Origin: Leidyana gryllorum EB-2025a | Lineage: Eukaryota > Protista > Apicomplexa | Length of the DNA: 64,000 nucleotides | Reading direction: 5' to 3' | Assembly (NCBI GenBank): GCA_048772705.1 | Contig: JBLWGC010000085.1 | Span: forward strand, 1-64,000 | Part shown: positions 49,106-61,178 of the stretch, in pieces | How the letters are laid out: every line of letters starts with the position of its first letter | Position numbering within the stretch: the first letter of the stretch is position 1 | The notes under the pieces: model-generated | Seen by the model: only the letters and a program-made list of their open reading frames with translations | Told to the model about the DNA's origin: nothing | Database searches by the model: none | Position numbers and translations under genes: made by a program

Positions 49106-49899
49106 GTCCTGTCCATTTGGACGACAATTGTTGTGCACAATAATTCTTTACTGAGACACAAGCTATAATCTTTGGTACCATCTTCTTGATCGACTGCATG
49201 GCTGGCTGCCTCTGCTCCGCCAACCTGGGCTGATAAAAGGAAAAGGCATGATTGAGACATGATCGGACCTAGACAGGAAGCACAGAGGAGACGGTCTCTC
49301 CAATGACTAAACGCACACGGTGACGTACGTGTCTCCCGAAACCAAAAGTTCCAGGCGGGATGACGACCATAGAGGGACCCTACTGTGCGTACTCTTTCTT
49401 TTGGAGAAGATAGACCATAGGCTGCTAAGCTGGGTCTACGTCGGCTTGGGGAGCCATTTAAAGATCTACAAAAGCAGGCATTCGTTTCCTTTCCTTTAAT
49501 GTGACACAGTCCTATCACTAGAATGCTGCTAAACAACTAGTAATCACATCACAGTGGCAGATCCCCTCCACACCTACTTAGGCTGTGACATACTCGCACT
49601 ACGAGGAATATAGCAGGTTTGTCATTGGTGGGCACGAAGTATTACTTTCGTTCTCCATTGCCCAATGAAGTGCAGCAAACTCCTGAGCGTAATGAGCACA
49701 AATCAGGCATTTGAGTCAGTGATCTTCGAGGAGCAGCGAGAGTACCGACGTTGTTCACAAGCCGTTGGATGGGCTGATGGTTGTGTGGTGCCTCCTCTCC
49801 ATATTTGTACCCGACCATCCCAGGAGAGAGGGTTGTTGCTCAATGCAGACCGTTGTCTAGGGAGAGGTAATTTCTCTCTTTTCGCTCATCACTCTACCG

Positions 49900-51610
49900 C
49901 CCTCGTGGACTTACAAATCCGAGGAGATATTCTCTCCTCTTGTCCAGATGCCCTGACTGCGATTGGGAGATATAAGATAGCAGCACTTTCGATTACCGAC
50001 GCCCAGTTCACGAGCTCTAAGTGAAGTCCCTGGAGCTGCTCATTGCACTCGGAGCGATATGCTAGTTGGGCGCGGCTTGTGCTGGCGCAGGGGTCCGCTC
50101 CGTAACGAGCCTGGGGGCGATAGACATTGACCTTGCCAAAGTGCAATCGACAGTGCTGCGCTCACAGCTCGTGTGAATCAGGACAAGAGCCTGGAGAGGG
50201 CTGATGCAGTTGTGGACACCAGAGAAACAGCTGCCGAGGCCGCTCCTGTAGATGATGCGGTTGCTGCTGCTGAGGCCTCTTTCGTTCGACACTTCGAAAC
50301 AACCGCATCCACAAGCTCTCTGTGGAATATGAATTCTGCCGAAAATATCTCCTTCAAGTCCTGCAAGACTAGGATAGTGTCCTTCGCAGTCTCAGCCCAC
50401 AATACGTCAGACCCTGAGCGATTGTCGCAAGTTCCACGTACGAGGATAGACAATGGAGCTTCTGCACTGGTGCTTTCTCCATCCAATGGCTCCATTGAGG
50501 TATTTACGACACCTTCCGAGGGCAGCGTGTCCGTTCTCGACAATCAATCTGCTGTCACGTTTCCCTTCTCACGAAAAGTGTACTGCGTAAAGTGAACGGC
50601 TCTTTCTGAAAGCATTTCCACACATCGTATGGCCTGGATATCGACACTGTCAGCCTTCTTGACGAGAGACGCTGGGTGTGTCTTGTTTGGTTGACTTTCT
50701 GTCGCTTTTGCCCGGGCGGCTGCCTCTTCCGCTGCCTCCTGTCCGTTCAGGTGCGAAGCCATATGTGGAGAGTGGCCGTTACACTCGCTGTCTCAGCAGA
50801 TAGGCCTGCTCGCTCTTTACCCCAGGGGTTTGCCCGCGGTGTTTCCCCCCGCGCCCGTGTCAACCCCTACAGAGCGCCTTCCGAGGTGCCGTTTCTCGCG
50901 CCCGACATCTCTTCAGCGGGCAGCTTGGACGCCGTCTCGCCTCCCGCATCTCTGCCATCTGCAGGGGGGCGTTTGTTGTGCGTACTGGTGGTGCCTTTCG
51001 GATTGCTCGCTTTCGCAGGGATGTTGGACGCCGTCTCCCCCCTCGGGCCTTTGTCGTCTGCACCGCACTGCTCATTAATCCTCGCCTCCAACCCTCTATG
51101 ATACGCGTTTTTCGTTCCATTCTCCGGTATCTTTCACTTTGCTGGTTAACGTTCCACTCGCACGTGCCGGCGTGTCCAGCTGTGAGGCCACTAGATTGAG
51201 CACCGCCTGTGGACGTCGAGTAGGTTCCGTCACTCCCATTTCCCCCAATCCGTGATTGAAGAGGCCTTTCAAGGTTTGGACGAGTCGGGGGGGGGGCTGG
51301 TGCAGTCGAGTTGCTTCTGGCGTTATGCGCTGCCTTCCTCCATTCTCCTGAGCTCTCACCCGCTGGAGGTTGTTAGAGGAGTCCTCGCTTTCGGCCCCGA
51401 AAAAAATGACATCGTATTTACTCCCCTGACGGGCGTCGGGGAGCACGTGCCCGCAAACGCCACTGTTGTGTGTGACGTTGTGGTACCCGATGGGGGTCAC
51501 AGGTGCGATGGGCACTCCGAAGTTACCAGCAGCCACCAAAGTCGTCAACAATGCGTCATCAAATTCGTTGCCTGGCCATTCTGGGGGGGCCAACGGACGC
51601 TTGCAGTCAT
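49900..51610 (-). pseudogene. LLTTLVAAGNF-leader family member with a 1-nt deletion about 13 codons after the ATG
   Basis: GGC CAG GC AAC here vs GGC CAC CGC AAC in the 57427 paralog; the downstream exons are fragmentary and the 3' end is approximate. Confidence 0.55.
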
Positions 51611-51649
51611 CGCTCAAGTCTAATTGAGGGGAATTGGCACTCGATGCGA

Positions 51650-53272
51650 TCTAAGTCAAAGGACCAGAAAAGGTGTTCGGAGAATTTTGCGACAATCGAT
51701 GTGATTCTGGTTTGTGAACCGTTACTGTCCTGTCTAGTTGGCGCGAGCAGAGGTGAGTGCGTCATTTGTTTTTTCGTTAGTTTGATCTGTTTGGTGCGTT
51801 GGCATAGTACTTGGCATCATCTAACTGTTGTTTTTGGTAGTAGATGTTCAATCACTAAATCGGTAAAAACACGTGTGTGTCAAAGTGTGTCTGGTACGGC
51901 CGGGCACGAGGTGCTTTACTACGACTAAGCTGCTGTTGACAGAGTTAACAGATGCCTTTGCACCTCATGTCCCAAAAGAATTCAGAGTAACTACTTAATG
52001 AACGGTGCACCTAAGCAGGCAGTCATATGTCTCATCGGGTAGTGCCGGTCGTAAGCAGCGTGGAACACTGCCTGGTTCGGTGTCCATAAGCTATTCCTTG
52101 GGTCCTTAAGATGTCGCCCTTACTGCTGGTAGTGTCAATCAGAAATCAGAAACAGACACAACATCATGTTTTGAATCTGATCCAAAAAATGATGTTGTGT
52201 CTATTTCTGATTGACACTACCAGCAGTAGGAGCGACGTCTTAAGGACCCAATAAATAGTTCATGGACACCGGATCAGGCAGTTTAGCCACAGTAAAGCAC
52301 CCCTGTGCCCGGGGAGACACACTACTTCTACACCCACGCGTTTTTACATAATTGTGTAGGTCGGCGAAACCCGCAAGGGTGAGCCCGACCATTACCGTAG
52401 GTTTTTCGGGGGCTCTTAGGGGGCACCAGAAACGACCTTTTAGTGAATTAGTGATTTGATTAGAACCTTTAACCTGATTATCTCGCTTACCTTAGGATTA
52501 GTAGTAGCCTCATTCGTTAGCAGCCAGGTTTTGGGCAAACCCCCCCTATGTGTAACATTCCAAACTTATACTTCTCCGAGTACTCCCTCACCTAACTTAC
52601 AAATCGCTAAGTCGACGCCTCACATGCCAACAGACAAACAATCTAAACAGTATCATTCACACATAACAACTTCCCAACTTGCTCCATATCCACTTAAGCA
52701 AACTGAGCATATTACACATCACAGCATACTTACCCAAATGGTACTCATACACTCACGCAATCATGCATCTGCAGCTCATATACTCTCACAACTCAATACA
52801 TAACAAGCAAGATACCTGTCAACATGCTCAGTAACGAAACTACATCATCACAGTCTTTTCTTAGCACAATACACACCACATCAGATTTCCCTTTTGCCTA
52901 ATACAGCAACCGCAACGTGTATGCAATGGAAAGGTAAACACTCGCGACCACGCACACACAGTACGATGCAGCTTCAACCACACACGTAAACCACATAGCT
53001 CGACTGCAAACAACAGTACCAGTAGCCATCGAAGCCGACCGAAACGGCCAATCAAAGGTTACAGCCAAACTAGTCAGTGATTGAACATCCACGAACTGAA
53101 AACAACAACTAGATGCACCCAGCTAGACTAACAAAAACCAGCCGACGTTCCCACCTGCGCTTCCTCTGATGACCGTTGTGGATGAAAGGAGTTGACGGTT
53201 AAGACACACCTACACAGACAGTGTGAGGCACCCGGCCCCATTCGTCCGATCATTTCCGGTGCGATGTCTTGG
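51650..53272. repeat. Nested degenerate palindrome (foldback) with a ~95-bp inner stem
   Basis: Arms 52067-52167/52189-52282, 51863-51920/52291-52347 and about 51650-51858/53076-53272. Confidence 0.85.
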
Positions 53273-53849
53273 TGAATGCGAAGGCCGCGAAAAGTCTGGC
53301 TATGCTCAGCCCCCTGGCTCCCCATAGTCAGGGGTACACACTCAGGCAGAACGGAGTGGTGGTGGGCGGCTAGCGTCCACCTTGGAGTCCCTCATCTGCT
53401 TCTCGAGTTCAGTTGGTGGTGGCAAAGGCGGACGCAGTGCACCGTCCCAACCACAGTCGCGATGATAATCATCTCGTATTGGACACTTTTGCTCTATCGC
53501 AGTCCCTGGAAGAAGGCTAATTGATTATGGCTAATTCCTTCACTGGGTTCGTGGATTTTGCCACTTGCGGCTGACAGTTTCTCTTTCGTATGATGACCAC
53601 GACAGAAATCGGACGACATATGGTCGGCACCTTCGTTGCACCACCAATCACTTTTCACAAATGTTAGTGTAAATTCCATAGGGTGATTCCGTGTGTTGAA
53701 TGCACAATCTAAGCGTCAGAGGGAAGTCCCGCTACAAACAGCCGTTGGCAGGAGCCGTTGGGGCGAGAGACAATGCCTTTCCGTACTCGGTGTCAGAGGG
53801 GTAAGAAAGGACTTGGCGATGGGCTGTCCTGGAGCCAGAATCTTTGTGG

Positions 53850-56800
53850 TCAGGAAAGAGCCTGGGAGAGAGCCGAGAATGCCAACGCAGCTGCGGTGAC
53901 CGCCGCTGTAGCTGCTGAGGAGTCTGCTGCTGCAGCTGCGGAGGAGTCTGCTGCAGCTGCGGAGGAGTCTGCTGCAGCTGCGGAGGAGTCTGCTGCAGCT
54001 GCGGAGGAGTCTGCTGCAGCTGCGGAGGAGTCTGCTGCAGCTACGCATTGGTTGGGGGGAGGGTTACAGGAGCTCGCTACATGAGTTTCGTCACAGACGA
54101 GCTCAGTCACCAGGTCCAGCTGTTGGACGGCATCCGCAAAACCCAGTTTGGCTCCTTGGCTCAACTCCCAATCAATAACGTCCTGATAACCCTCAGGGCG
54201 CATTACGTTGTCCCAAGTCGTGACGCAATCGTCCTTGAGGGTGACTAAGGGTTGGCAATCTTCCGGCTTTGACCCGTTCCTCCAGGCCCTCGAAACTTCT
54301 GAGTCCACTTTCGACAACACTTGCCATTTACGGAGGAACTCTTTGTAAATGCGCCCATCGGAGTCGTTTCCGTTCGGGGACACACAAATCCTAATTGTGG
54401 TGGTGGGGATTGCATCGTTCTTATCCAAGCTAGTCCCCTCCGTGTGCACTATCCAATCGTAACGGTCGACTTCCTCCATAAGTTGGGCCAACTGCGACAG
54501 CTCGGCTTCTGTGAGTGGTTTGTTGACTGCTTTGTCAATGACAGCGGCCTGCAGTGCGCTCCTTTGCAGACACAGCCGGGGGTCGAGCAATCTCGAAATG
54601 GTGGCAGGCCACTCATGGGGGGCTATCCTATCCAGAGCCTCCACCAAGGCTTCTATGACCTCTCGCGAAGGAATTGTGTTCGACTCCGAGAACACTTCTG
54701 CGATTATCTTACCCTTGCCGACGGTCCCACGGTGTGAACTCCACTGCATAAAGTGAACGTTTTTCCCCAAAGCATCCCTGCGCGTCGTATTACCTGATAT
54801 CCAGGGAGGGGACACCGAGGTGTCGGTTGTGAGTCGTTCGGTGAAGTCCTCGCTGCGGAGGAGTCTGCTGGTAGCTCGAAGGAGTCTGCTGGAAGCTCGG
54901 AGGAGGCTGTTGGAAGCTCGGAGGCTGCTGGAAGCTCGCATTGCTTCGCGGGAGGGTCGCAGGACACCGCTCGACGACGCCAAGGGTCTCCAGGACAGAA
55001 GTTCTCAGGCCCAGAATACAGCTTTCGTAGGACCTGCGAGAGATCGCTCGCAGAGCCGGGAGGGCGCATTACGTTGTCCCAAGTCGTGACGCAACCGTCC
55101 TGGAGGGTGACTAACGGTTGGCAGTCTTCCGGCTTTGACTCGTTCCTCCAGGCCCTTGACACTTCTGAGTCCACTTTCGCCAAAACTTGCCATTTACGGA
55201 GGAAGTCTTCGTAAATGCGCCCGTCGGTATCCTTTCCGTTCGGGGACACACAAATCTTGAATGTTGCGGGGCGGATTTCATGGTTCGCATCCACGCTTTC
55301 AGCATCCGTGTGCACTGTCCAATTATAACTGTCGACTTCTGCCATATGTTGGGCCAACTCCACCAGCTGGGCTTCTGTGAGTGGTTCGTTCACTGCTTTG
55401 TCAATGAAAGCGGCCAGCACTCCGCTCCTTTGAGTACACAGTCGATCGTGGAGCAAAACACCAATAGAAATGGGCCACTCATCTTTGCTTATCCTGTCGA
55501 AAGCCTCCACAAAGGTTTCGAAGACCTTTCGCGAAGGAATTCTGTCCGAATCCGAGAACACTTCTGCGGTTATCTTACCCTTGACGAAGGTCTCACGGTA
55601 TGAAGTCCACTGCAAATTCTTTCCAAAGCATTTCCACTCGTCGAATTACCTCAAATCCAGGGACGGGACACCGAAATGTCGGTTGTGGCGCGTCCGGTAA
55701 AGTCCTCTCTGCGGAGGAGTTTGCGGGAGGTTCGCATTGGTTCACAGGAGGGTCACAGGAGCCCGCTAGACCACGCGTGGCGGCCTCAGCTTCGTCACAG
55801 ACCCGCTCAGTCATCTGATCCAGCTTTGGGATGACATGCGCAAAATCCATTTGGACTCGTTGGCTCGACTGCCGATCAGTATGGTTCCGATTGCCGGGAG
55901 GGCGCAGTACGTTCTCCCAAGTCGTGACGCAATCGTTCTTGAGGGTGACTAACGGTTGGCAGTCTAGCGGCCTTGGCCTCCTCTTCCAGTTCGATGTAAC
56001 CCATGAACCTACTCCCGCCGCAGCTTGCTTCTCACGGAGGAAGTCTTCGTAAATGCGCCCGTCGGTATCCTTTCCGTTCGGGGACACACAAATCCTAATT
56101 GTTGCGGGAGGGATTTCATAGTTCTCATCCAACCTGTCAGTATCCGTGAACACTCTCCAATTGTAACTGTCGACTTCGGCCATATGTTGGGCCAACTTCT
56201 TCACCTGGGCTTCTGTGAGTTGATCGTAGACTGCTTTGTCAATGACAGCGGCCAGCAGACCGTTTCTTTGAGTACACAGCCGGGGGTCCAGCAAACGCGG
56301 AATAACGGAAGCCCACTCACAGGGCTTTAACCTATTGAGGGCGTCCACAAAGGTTTCTATGACCCCTCGCGAGGGAAACTTGTCCGACTCCGAGTACAAT
56401 TCTGCGGTTATGTTACCCTTCACAACGGTCCCGCGGTGTGAAATCCGCTGCATAAGTGAACGTCTTTCCGCAAAGCATTCCCGCACGTCGTATTACCTCA
56501 AATCCAGGGACGGGACACCGAAGTGTCGGTTGTGAGTCGTTCAGTAAACTTCTCGCCGTTCTCCTCCTCTCTGGTGTTTCCTCCTTCGCCGCCCCTTCCG
56601 GCACCTTCACGTAGGCAGACAAGTAGTGGGACTACCATTGAGCACTCACTTTTTTCGCAGATGAACCCGACTCTCCTTTAGCGGAGGGTTCCAACGCCTT
56701 ATCTGCCCTCGCACCCGTTCCATCTACTACAGAGCGCTTGGTGCGCGTGTTGGCGCCTTCCGAAGTGCCCTGTTTCGGGGCTAAGTTCTCTTTAGGGAAG

Positions 56801-57427
56801 GCTTTGGACGTGGTTCCTCCCCCCGCGCGTTGGACGTCTGCAGCGGCTTGCGCTGGGTCCCTCGAGTTTGACACTCGGTGATTCGCTTTCTTCGTCCCAT
56901 TCTGTGCTATCTTTCACCCCACTGCTCAGCTTTCCACTCACCTGTGCCGGCGTCTCCAGGTGTATTGGGGCACTCATGTGAGCTGTACCTGTGGCCGCCG
57001 AGTGGGTTCCGTTATTCACAATTCCCGGGCTCCCATTCCGTACTTGCGAAGGCCATTGACGCTTTGGACGACTGGGCGGAGCCGGCCTTGGTGCGGCCGC
57101 ATTGCTTCTAGCGTTTTTTGCTGCCTTCCTTTGAGCCTCCCGAGCTCTCACCCGCTGGAGCTCGTGAGGAGTCCTTTTCACCCCCGCATGGCCGGAATCA
57201 TATTTACTCCCTGTCATCACCGTCCTCCACTGACGGGCGTCGGGGAGCGCGTGCCCCCCACCGCCATTGTTGCGTGTCACGTTGTGTGTGACGTTGTGGT
57301 ACCCGACCGGTGTCACAGGTGCGATGGGCACTGTGAAGTTACCAGCAGCCACCAAAGTCGTCAACAATGCGTCATCAAATTCGTTGCGGTGGCCATTCTG
57401 GGGGGGCGAACGGACGCTTGCAGTCAT
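53850..57427 (-). CDS. LLTTLVAAGNF-leader protein with three tandem copies of a domain of about 280 aa
   Basis: Phase-0 introns 56496-56448, 55649-55610 and 54793-54744 join ORFs 56413, 55593, 54704 and 53850; each domain has ICVSPNGxDxDGRIY and DCQPLVTL. Junctions upstream of 56622 are not resolved. Confidence 0.8.
53906..54041 (-). repeat. 21-bp coding tandem repeat (AAAADSS) x5-6
   Basis: GCTGCGGAGGAGTCTGCTGCA units. Confidence 0.95.
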
Positions 57428-58287
57428 CGCTCAAAGTCTAATTATGGGTAATCGAAACTTGATGAGGTTTAGAGTAAAAAGATCGAACAAAAGGGCTCGA
57501 AGATTTTTGAGAGAGTCGTCTGTCACTGGGAAAGTTTGCTCGACAGCGGGGGAAGCTGCGCCGATCTGGGCAATGTGTCCACACACAGACACTGATGGGG
57601 AGAGATTGATAAAGACATCATGTCACGACTCATTCTGGACACAGAAGTGAGTCGAAAGCGAACTCCGATAGACGCAGAGGCGGCCGTCGCATGAGAGCGA
57701 GTTGGCGGCCCATCAATCGGCTTTCAGTCACTTCCGGAGAGAGGTGTACCTGAGTAGGGCGAGTACTGTCCATCATCAATGTTCGAAAAACATCACCCCC
57801 ACGAAAAGATCTCAAGCCATACGTCAAAGTCGCCTTGTCGGGGGCAGAAAACCTCCGTCGACGTTGTCCGCACGAACGTCTGGTGATGTGCGGGCGGCTG
57901 TATCGTTCCGCCATCGTGGGCCGTCTTGCGTGGCAGTCTGCGAGAGAGCTTCATGGATGCTCTCTCGTGCCTCAAAATTGCGACGCTGGTAGGCTGAGGG
58001 AGCGGTGGCTAGGTTCTGAGAATCATTTCATACCGCTGTCTCGTCGGCTGACCAAGGATCATCAATAGATTGCTGACGACCTTTGTGAGAGGTTATGTTC
58101 AAAGGAGACGACTGGCAATACTTAGGCGTGGAGACGGCCCATCGATGTTTTAGTTACAATGGCTCGCCACCGACGCGAATGAATGCGGTCAACTTTCGGT
58201 CACAGCCATTTCAAATTGGGAGTGGGTGCGACGGACAAGGGTGTTGCCAAATAGCAAAGGACAGTTCTGCGCTCCCAGTCGCTGCAA

Positions 58288-60109
58288 TCAGGGAAGGACT
58301 CTGTGGAGCACCGCCGACGCCGCTGCCGACAACACGGCTGTAGCGGCCGAGACACTCGCTGTAACTGCGGGGGAGGCAGCTTCCGCTGCAATGGAGGCCG
58401 CAGCTGCGACTGTGGAGGAGGCAGCTTCCGCTGCAATGGAGGCCGCAGTTGCAACTGTGGAGGCCGCCGCCTGCGCAGTCGTGGACATACCATCTTGGCA
58501 CCCGATAAGCTGTGTCACAACTTCCAAGTTAAACCCAATGTCAGCGAAATTCAGTCTCTCAGGCCGCTTGATTATATAGTCCAGTCCCGCCCCGAGGGGA
58601 GGCCAGAGTATGTCTTGCCAAGTCCGAGTTTCACACTTCGAACTCGTAGGGACCGGCTGCATATTCTCTGGCAACTTCCTCGCCTCCTCCCACCTCGCTG
58701 TGACCTCTGATCTCACCCCCGACTTGTACTGCACCTCACAGAGGAGGTCCTTGTGGAGCTTCACTTCAGCCGCCTTTTCTTGCGGGCTGAGATTTCGTCC
58801 GTTCCTCTCCATATGAATATTAATCTTTGTGGGGAGAGCGATACCGTCGGGAGTAGAACGCCAGGTATTAACATTTGTCTTCATGTGCCAGTTGTAGTCC
58901 CCCACATCTGACATACCTTGGGCCATCGTCTGAATCTGCGCGTTTGAGAGTTCTTGGTTGGCTGCTGTGTGAATAAAAGCGGCCTTCAGTCCTTCGGCCT
59001 CAATTCCCAGGTTCTTTTCCGCATATCTCAGCGCAGTGGGAAACCGATCTTCTCTCGGTAACCCATTCAGTGCATCCAGAAGGATGTTAATCATATAATT
59101 CGGAGGCGCAGTACCGGAGTCCGATATCCATTCGGTCGTCATGTTACCTTTCCGGACGATCTTGTGGTGTTCCACCTGCACAAAGTAAAAGTCTCTCTTG
59201 GCTCGATCCCACATATTATATCACCTGATGGCTCTCGTACGACCCAAGTTCTTCCTCATAGGATGCTTCCCAAGTCCAGTTCCACGCTCCCCACTCCACC
59301 TCTGCTTTTCCCTCTCCCTTCGCGAGCGAATTCGTATTTTGGAAGCTGTCACTTAAACACTTACTGCCTTATCAGCGGGTCCCGACTGCTCGTTGCCTCC
59401 CGAACTTCCCTGTTTCGGGCCCGACCCTTCTTTGGCGGAGGGTTTGGCGTCGGAAGCTTCACTTTTGTTACCCTCGTCTCCTGCGGAACGCGTCTGATTC
59501 CCCGTTCGGCCGCCCTTCAAACTTTTCCCGCCTCTCTCCTGCGATGTGTGATCAATCAGACGTTTCAGCAGTTCAGTCACCTGTGCCGGAATGAGAAGGT
59601 CTGACAGAGGGGTGATGCCCCGAGGCGGCTGGTCACTCCTATCCACCTCCTATGAGACTTGACCAACCCAAGACACAAGATTTCCTTACTGCACGCGGAG
59701 TGTTGAGTTTAGCTGGAGCACTTGGCTGGTTGGGGGGAGCTCGAGACTGAGGTTTCGGAGCGCTGGAGGTTGAGTTCCGTCCGGGGGTGGGAGGGGCGCT
59801 TCGAGCGGCTCTGTGAGCAGCGTCCCTCCCCATCTTCCGGATTACGCGTCTTTTCTGCTCGTGCTCAGTCTTCACTCTCTGATTCCCGTGCGAAACCCAA
59901 ACGTATCCAGTCTGCTGTCTCTGTCTCTGTCGAGCGTCGGGGAGGGGAGCCATAGGGCCCCCACCGCCAACAACTGTGAAATTGTGCCCCGTGGGCATAG
60001 GTCCGATGGGCGCTGTAAAGTTGCCAGCGGCCACCAGTGTTGTCAACAATGCGTTGTCGGACTTGTTGTGTTGACCATTCTGTCGATTTGAGCGGATGGT
60101 TAGAGTCAT
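58288..60109 (-). CDS. LLTTLVAAGNF-leader protein with one domain copy and an Ala/Ser tail
   Basis: MTLTIRS...NALLTTLVAAGNF; homologous intron at about 59224-59176; domain KGNMTTEWISDS...YNWHM...SEVTARW; 45-bp repeat x2 at 58.37-58.46 kb. Confidence 0.7.
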
Positions 60110-61178
60110 TACTTCAATCCGATCGGAAGGCAATCGAGGTGAGAGTCGTTACGAGTGTAAATGACAAAGAAACTTTTAGATAGTTTTCAGACACTCAATG
60201 TCGGCTTTCTCTTTCGTGTGACAGAACATAGCGGCCAGCGGCTTGGCGTTCATATTGGGCTCGGTAGTGTTTGAGGACAGCTGCTGGCACCTCTCGACCA
60301 TCGCAGCCTCCATGTAAACTATTGGAACACTCGACTTAGGGTCAATCGAGAACACTGAAAGCAATGTTGCCCACTTCTGAGCACATGACGGGGTCGAGTA
60401 CGGCGACAAGGCAAAACAGATACATTGATGGAATGATTTCCCGTGAAGTTGTCGTGCAACGACACCATGTCTCCAATCTGGAGCTTCACCGGACACTTTT
60501 GTAGAAAGAGGGATTCGGAGTTGAACGGGGTAAAAGTCGGTGCTCTCAGCGATTTTTTTTCTGAGGGTGCCAAATGGGCGGCGTGGTGTCCGTCAAGTCA
60601 TATGCAGCAAGAAGGTGTACAGAAGCGGGCAAGAACAGTCCACCTATCGATATCCGAAGGTGTCAAGCCCACAACCGGATTGTCGCTTTTGCCAATAGAG
60701 TGGGATATCGATGGCTTGTCAGACTGTTCTCCCAGCATTCCCGCCAGCCGGGGCCAAAAGAAGCATAGGCCGGACGTTGGGGGCGCAACAACCTGTCACA
60801 ACGTTGAGCGGAGGGCTTTGTCTGTGTCGGCGAAATTTCGGTGCCCTCCGCAAATGTACCCAAACATCCCCACAGCCCAAGCGCGCCGACTCCGTAACCG
60901 GGGAAGGCGCGCCCATTGGCTTGTCATTAACACAGAGGGCATTTAGCAGGGAGTATAATCCTCCTTGGTTCTCTGCTGTGGAGCCGATTTGCCTGCCGGG
61001 GATGTGGACATTTTTACATCTTTACTGTGCGGTAACTGCGAACTCAATGCAACGCCCAGGCGTGAGCCATTTTGAAAAACAATCTGTGTTAGCGAATAAT
61101 ACAGTCTCGCTTTGTTAGGGCTGGGGTGACGCTTTCGGCAACACCGTGTCAAATAGTCCATGGCAGCAGACTGGGTGA

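Noticed and set aside
51938-51966. U6-like (ACAGAG) or U5-like (GCCTTTGCAC) reading of the 33-nt motif
   Set aside because: It lacks the AGC triad and internal stem-loop of U6 and the long stem and Sm site of U5.
52460-52476. Telomerase RNA template (AACCTTTAACCT)
   Set aside because: It does not match common telomere repeats and has no other support; it could be tested only against this genome's own telomere sequence.
52727-52740. U1-like ATACTTACCC
   Set aside because: No SL1/SL2 or Sm site follows; it lies in low-complexity CA-rich sequence.
53165-53200. Hammerhead ribozyme or group II intron domain V (CTGATGA...GAAA...ACGGTT)
   Set aside because: The required stems do not pair, and the segment is better explained as a palindrome arm.
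53716-54084. Alternative-frame and antisense ORFs on the 21-bp repeat
   Set aside because: By-products of a stop-free repeat unit.
36713-60133. Programmed frameshifting or stop-codon reassignment to explain adjacent ORFs
   Set aside because: In-phase GT-AG introns account for every junction I checked.
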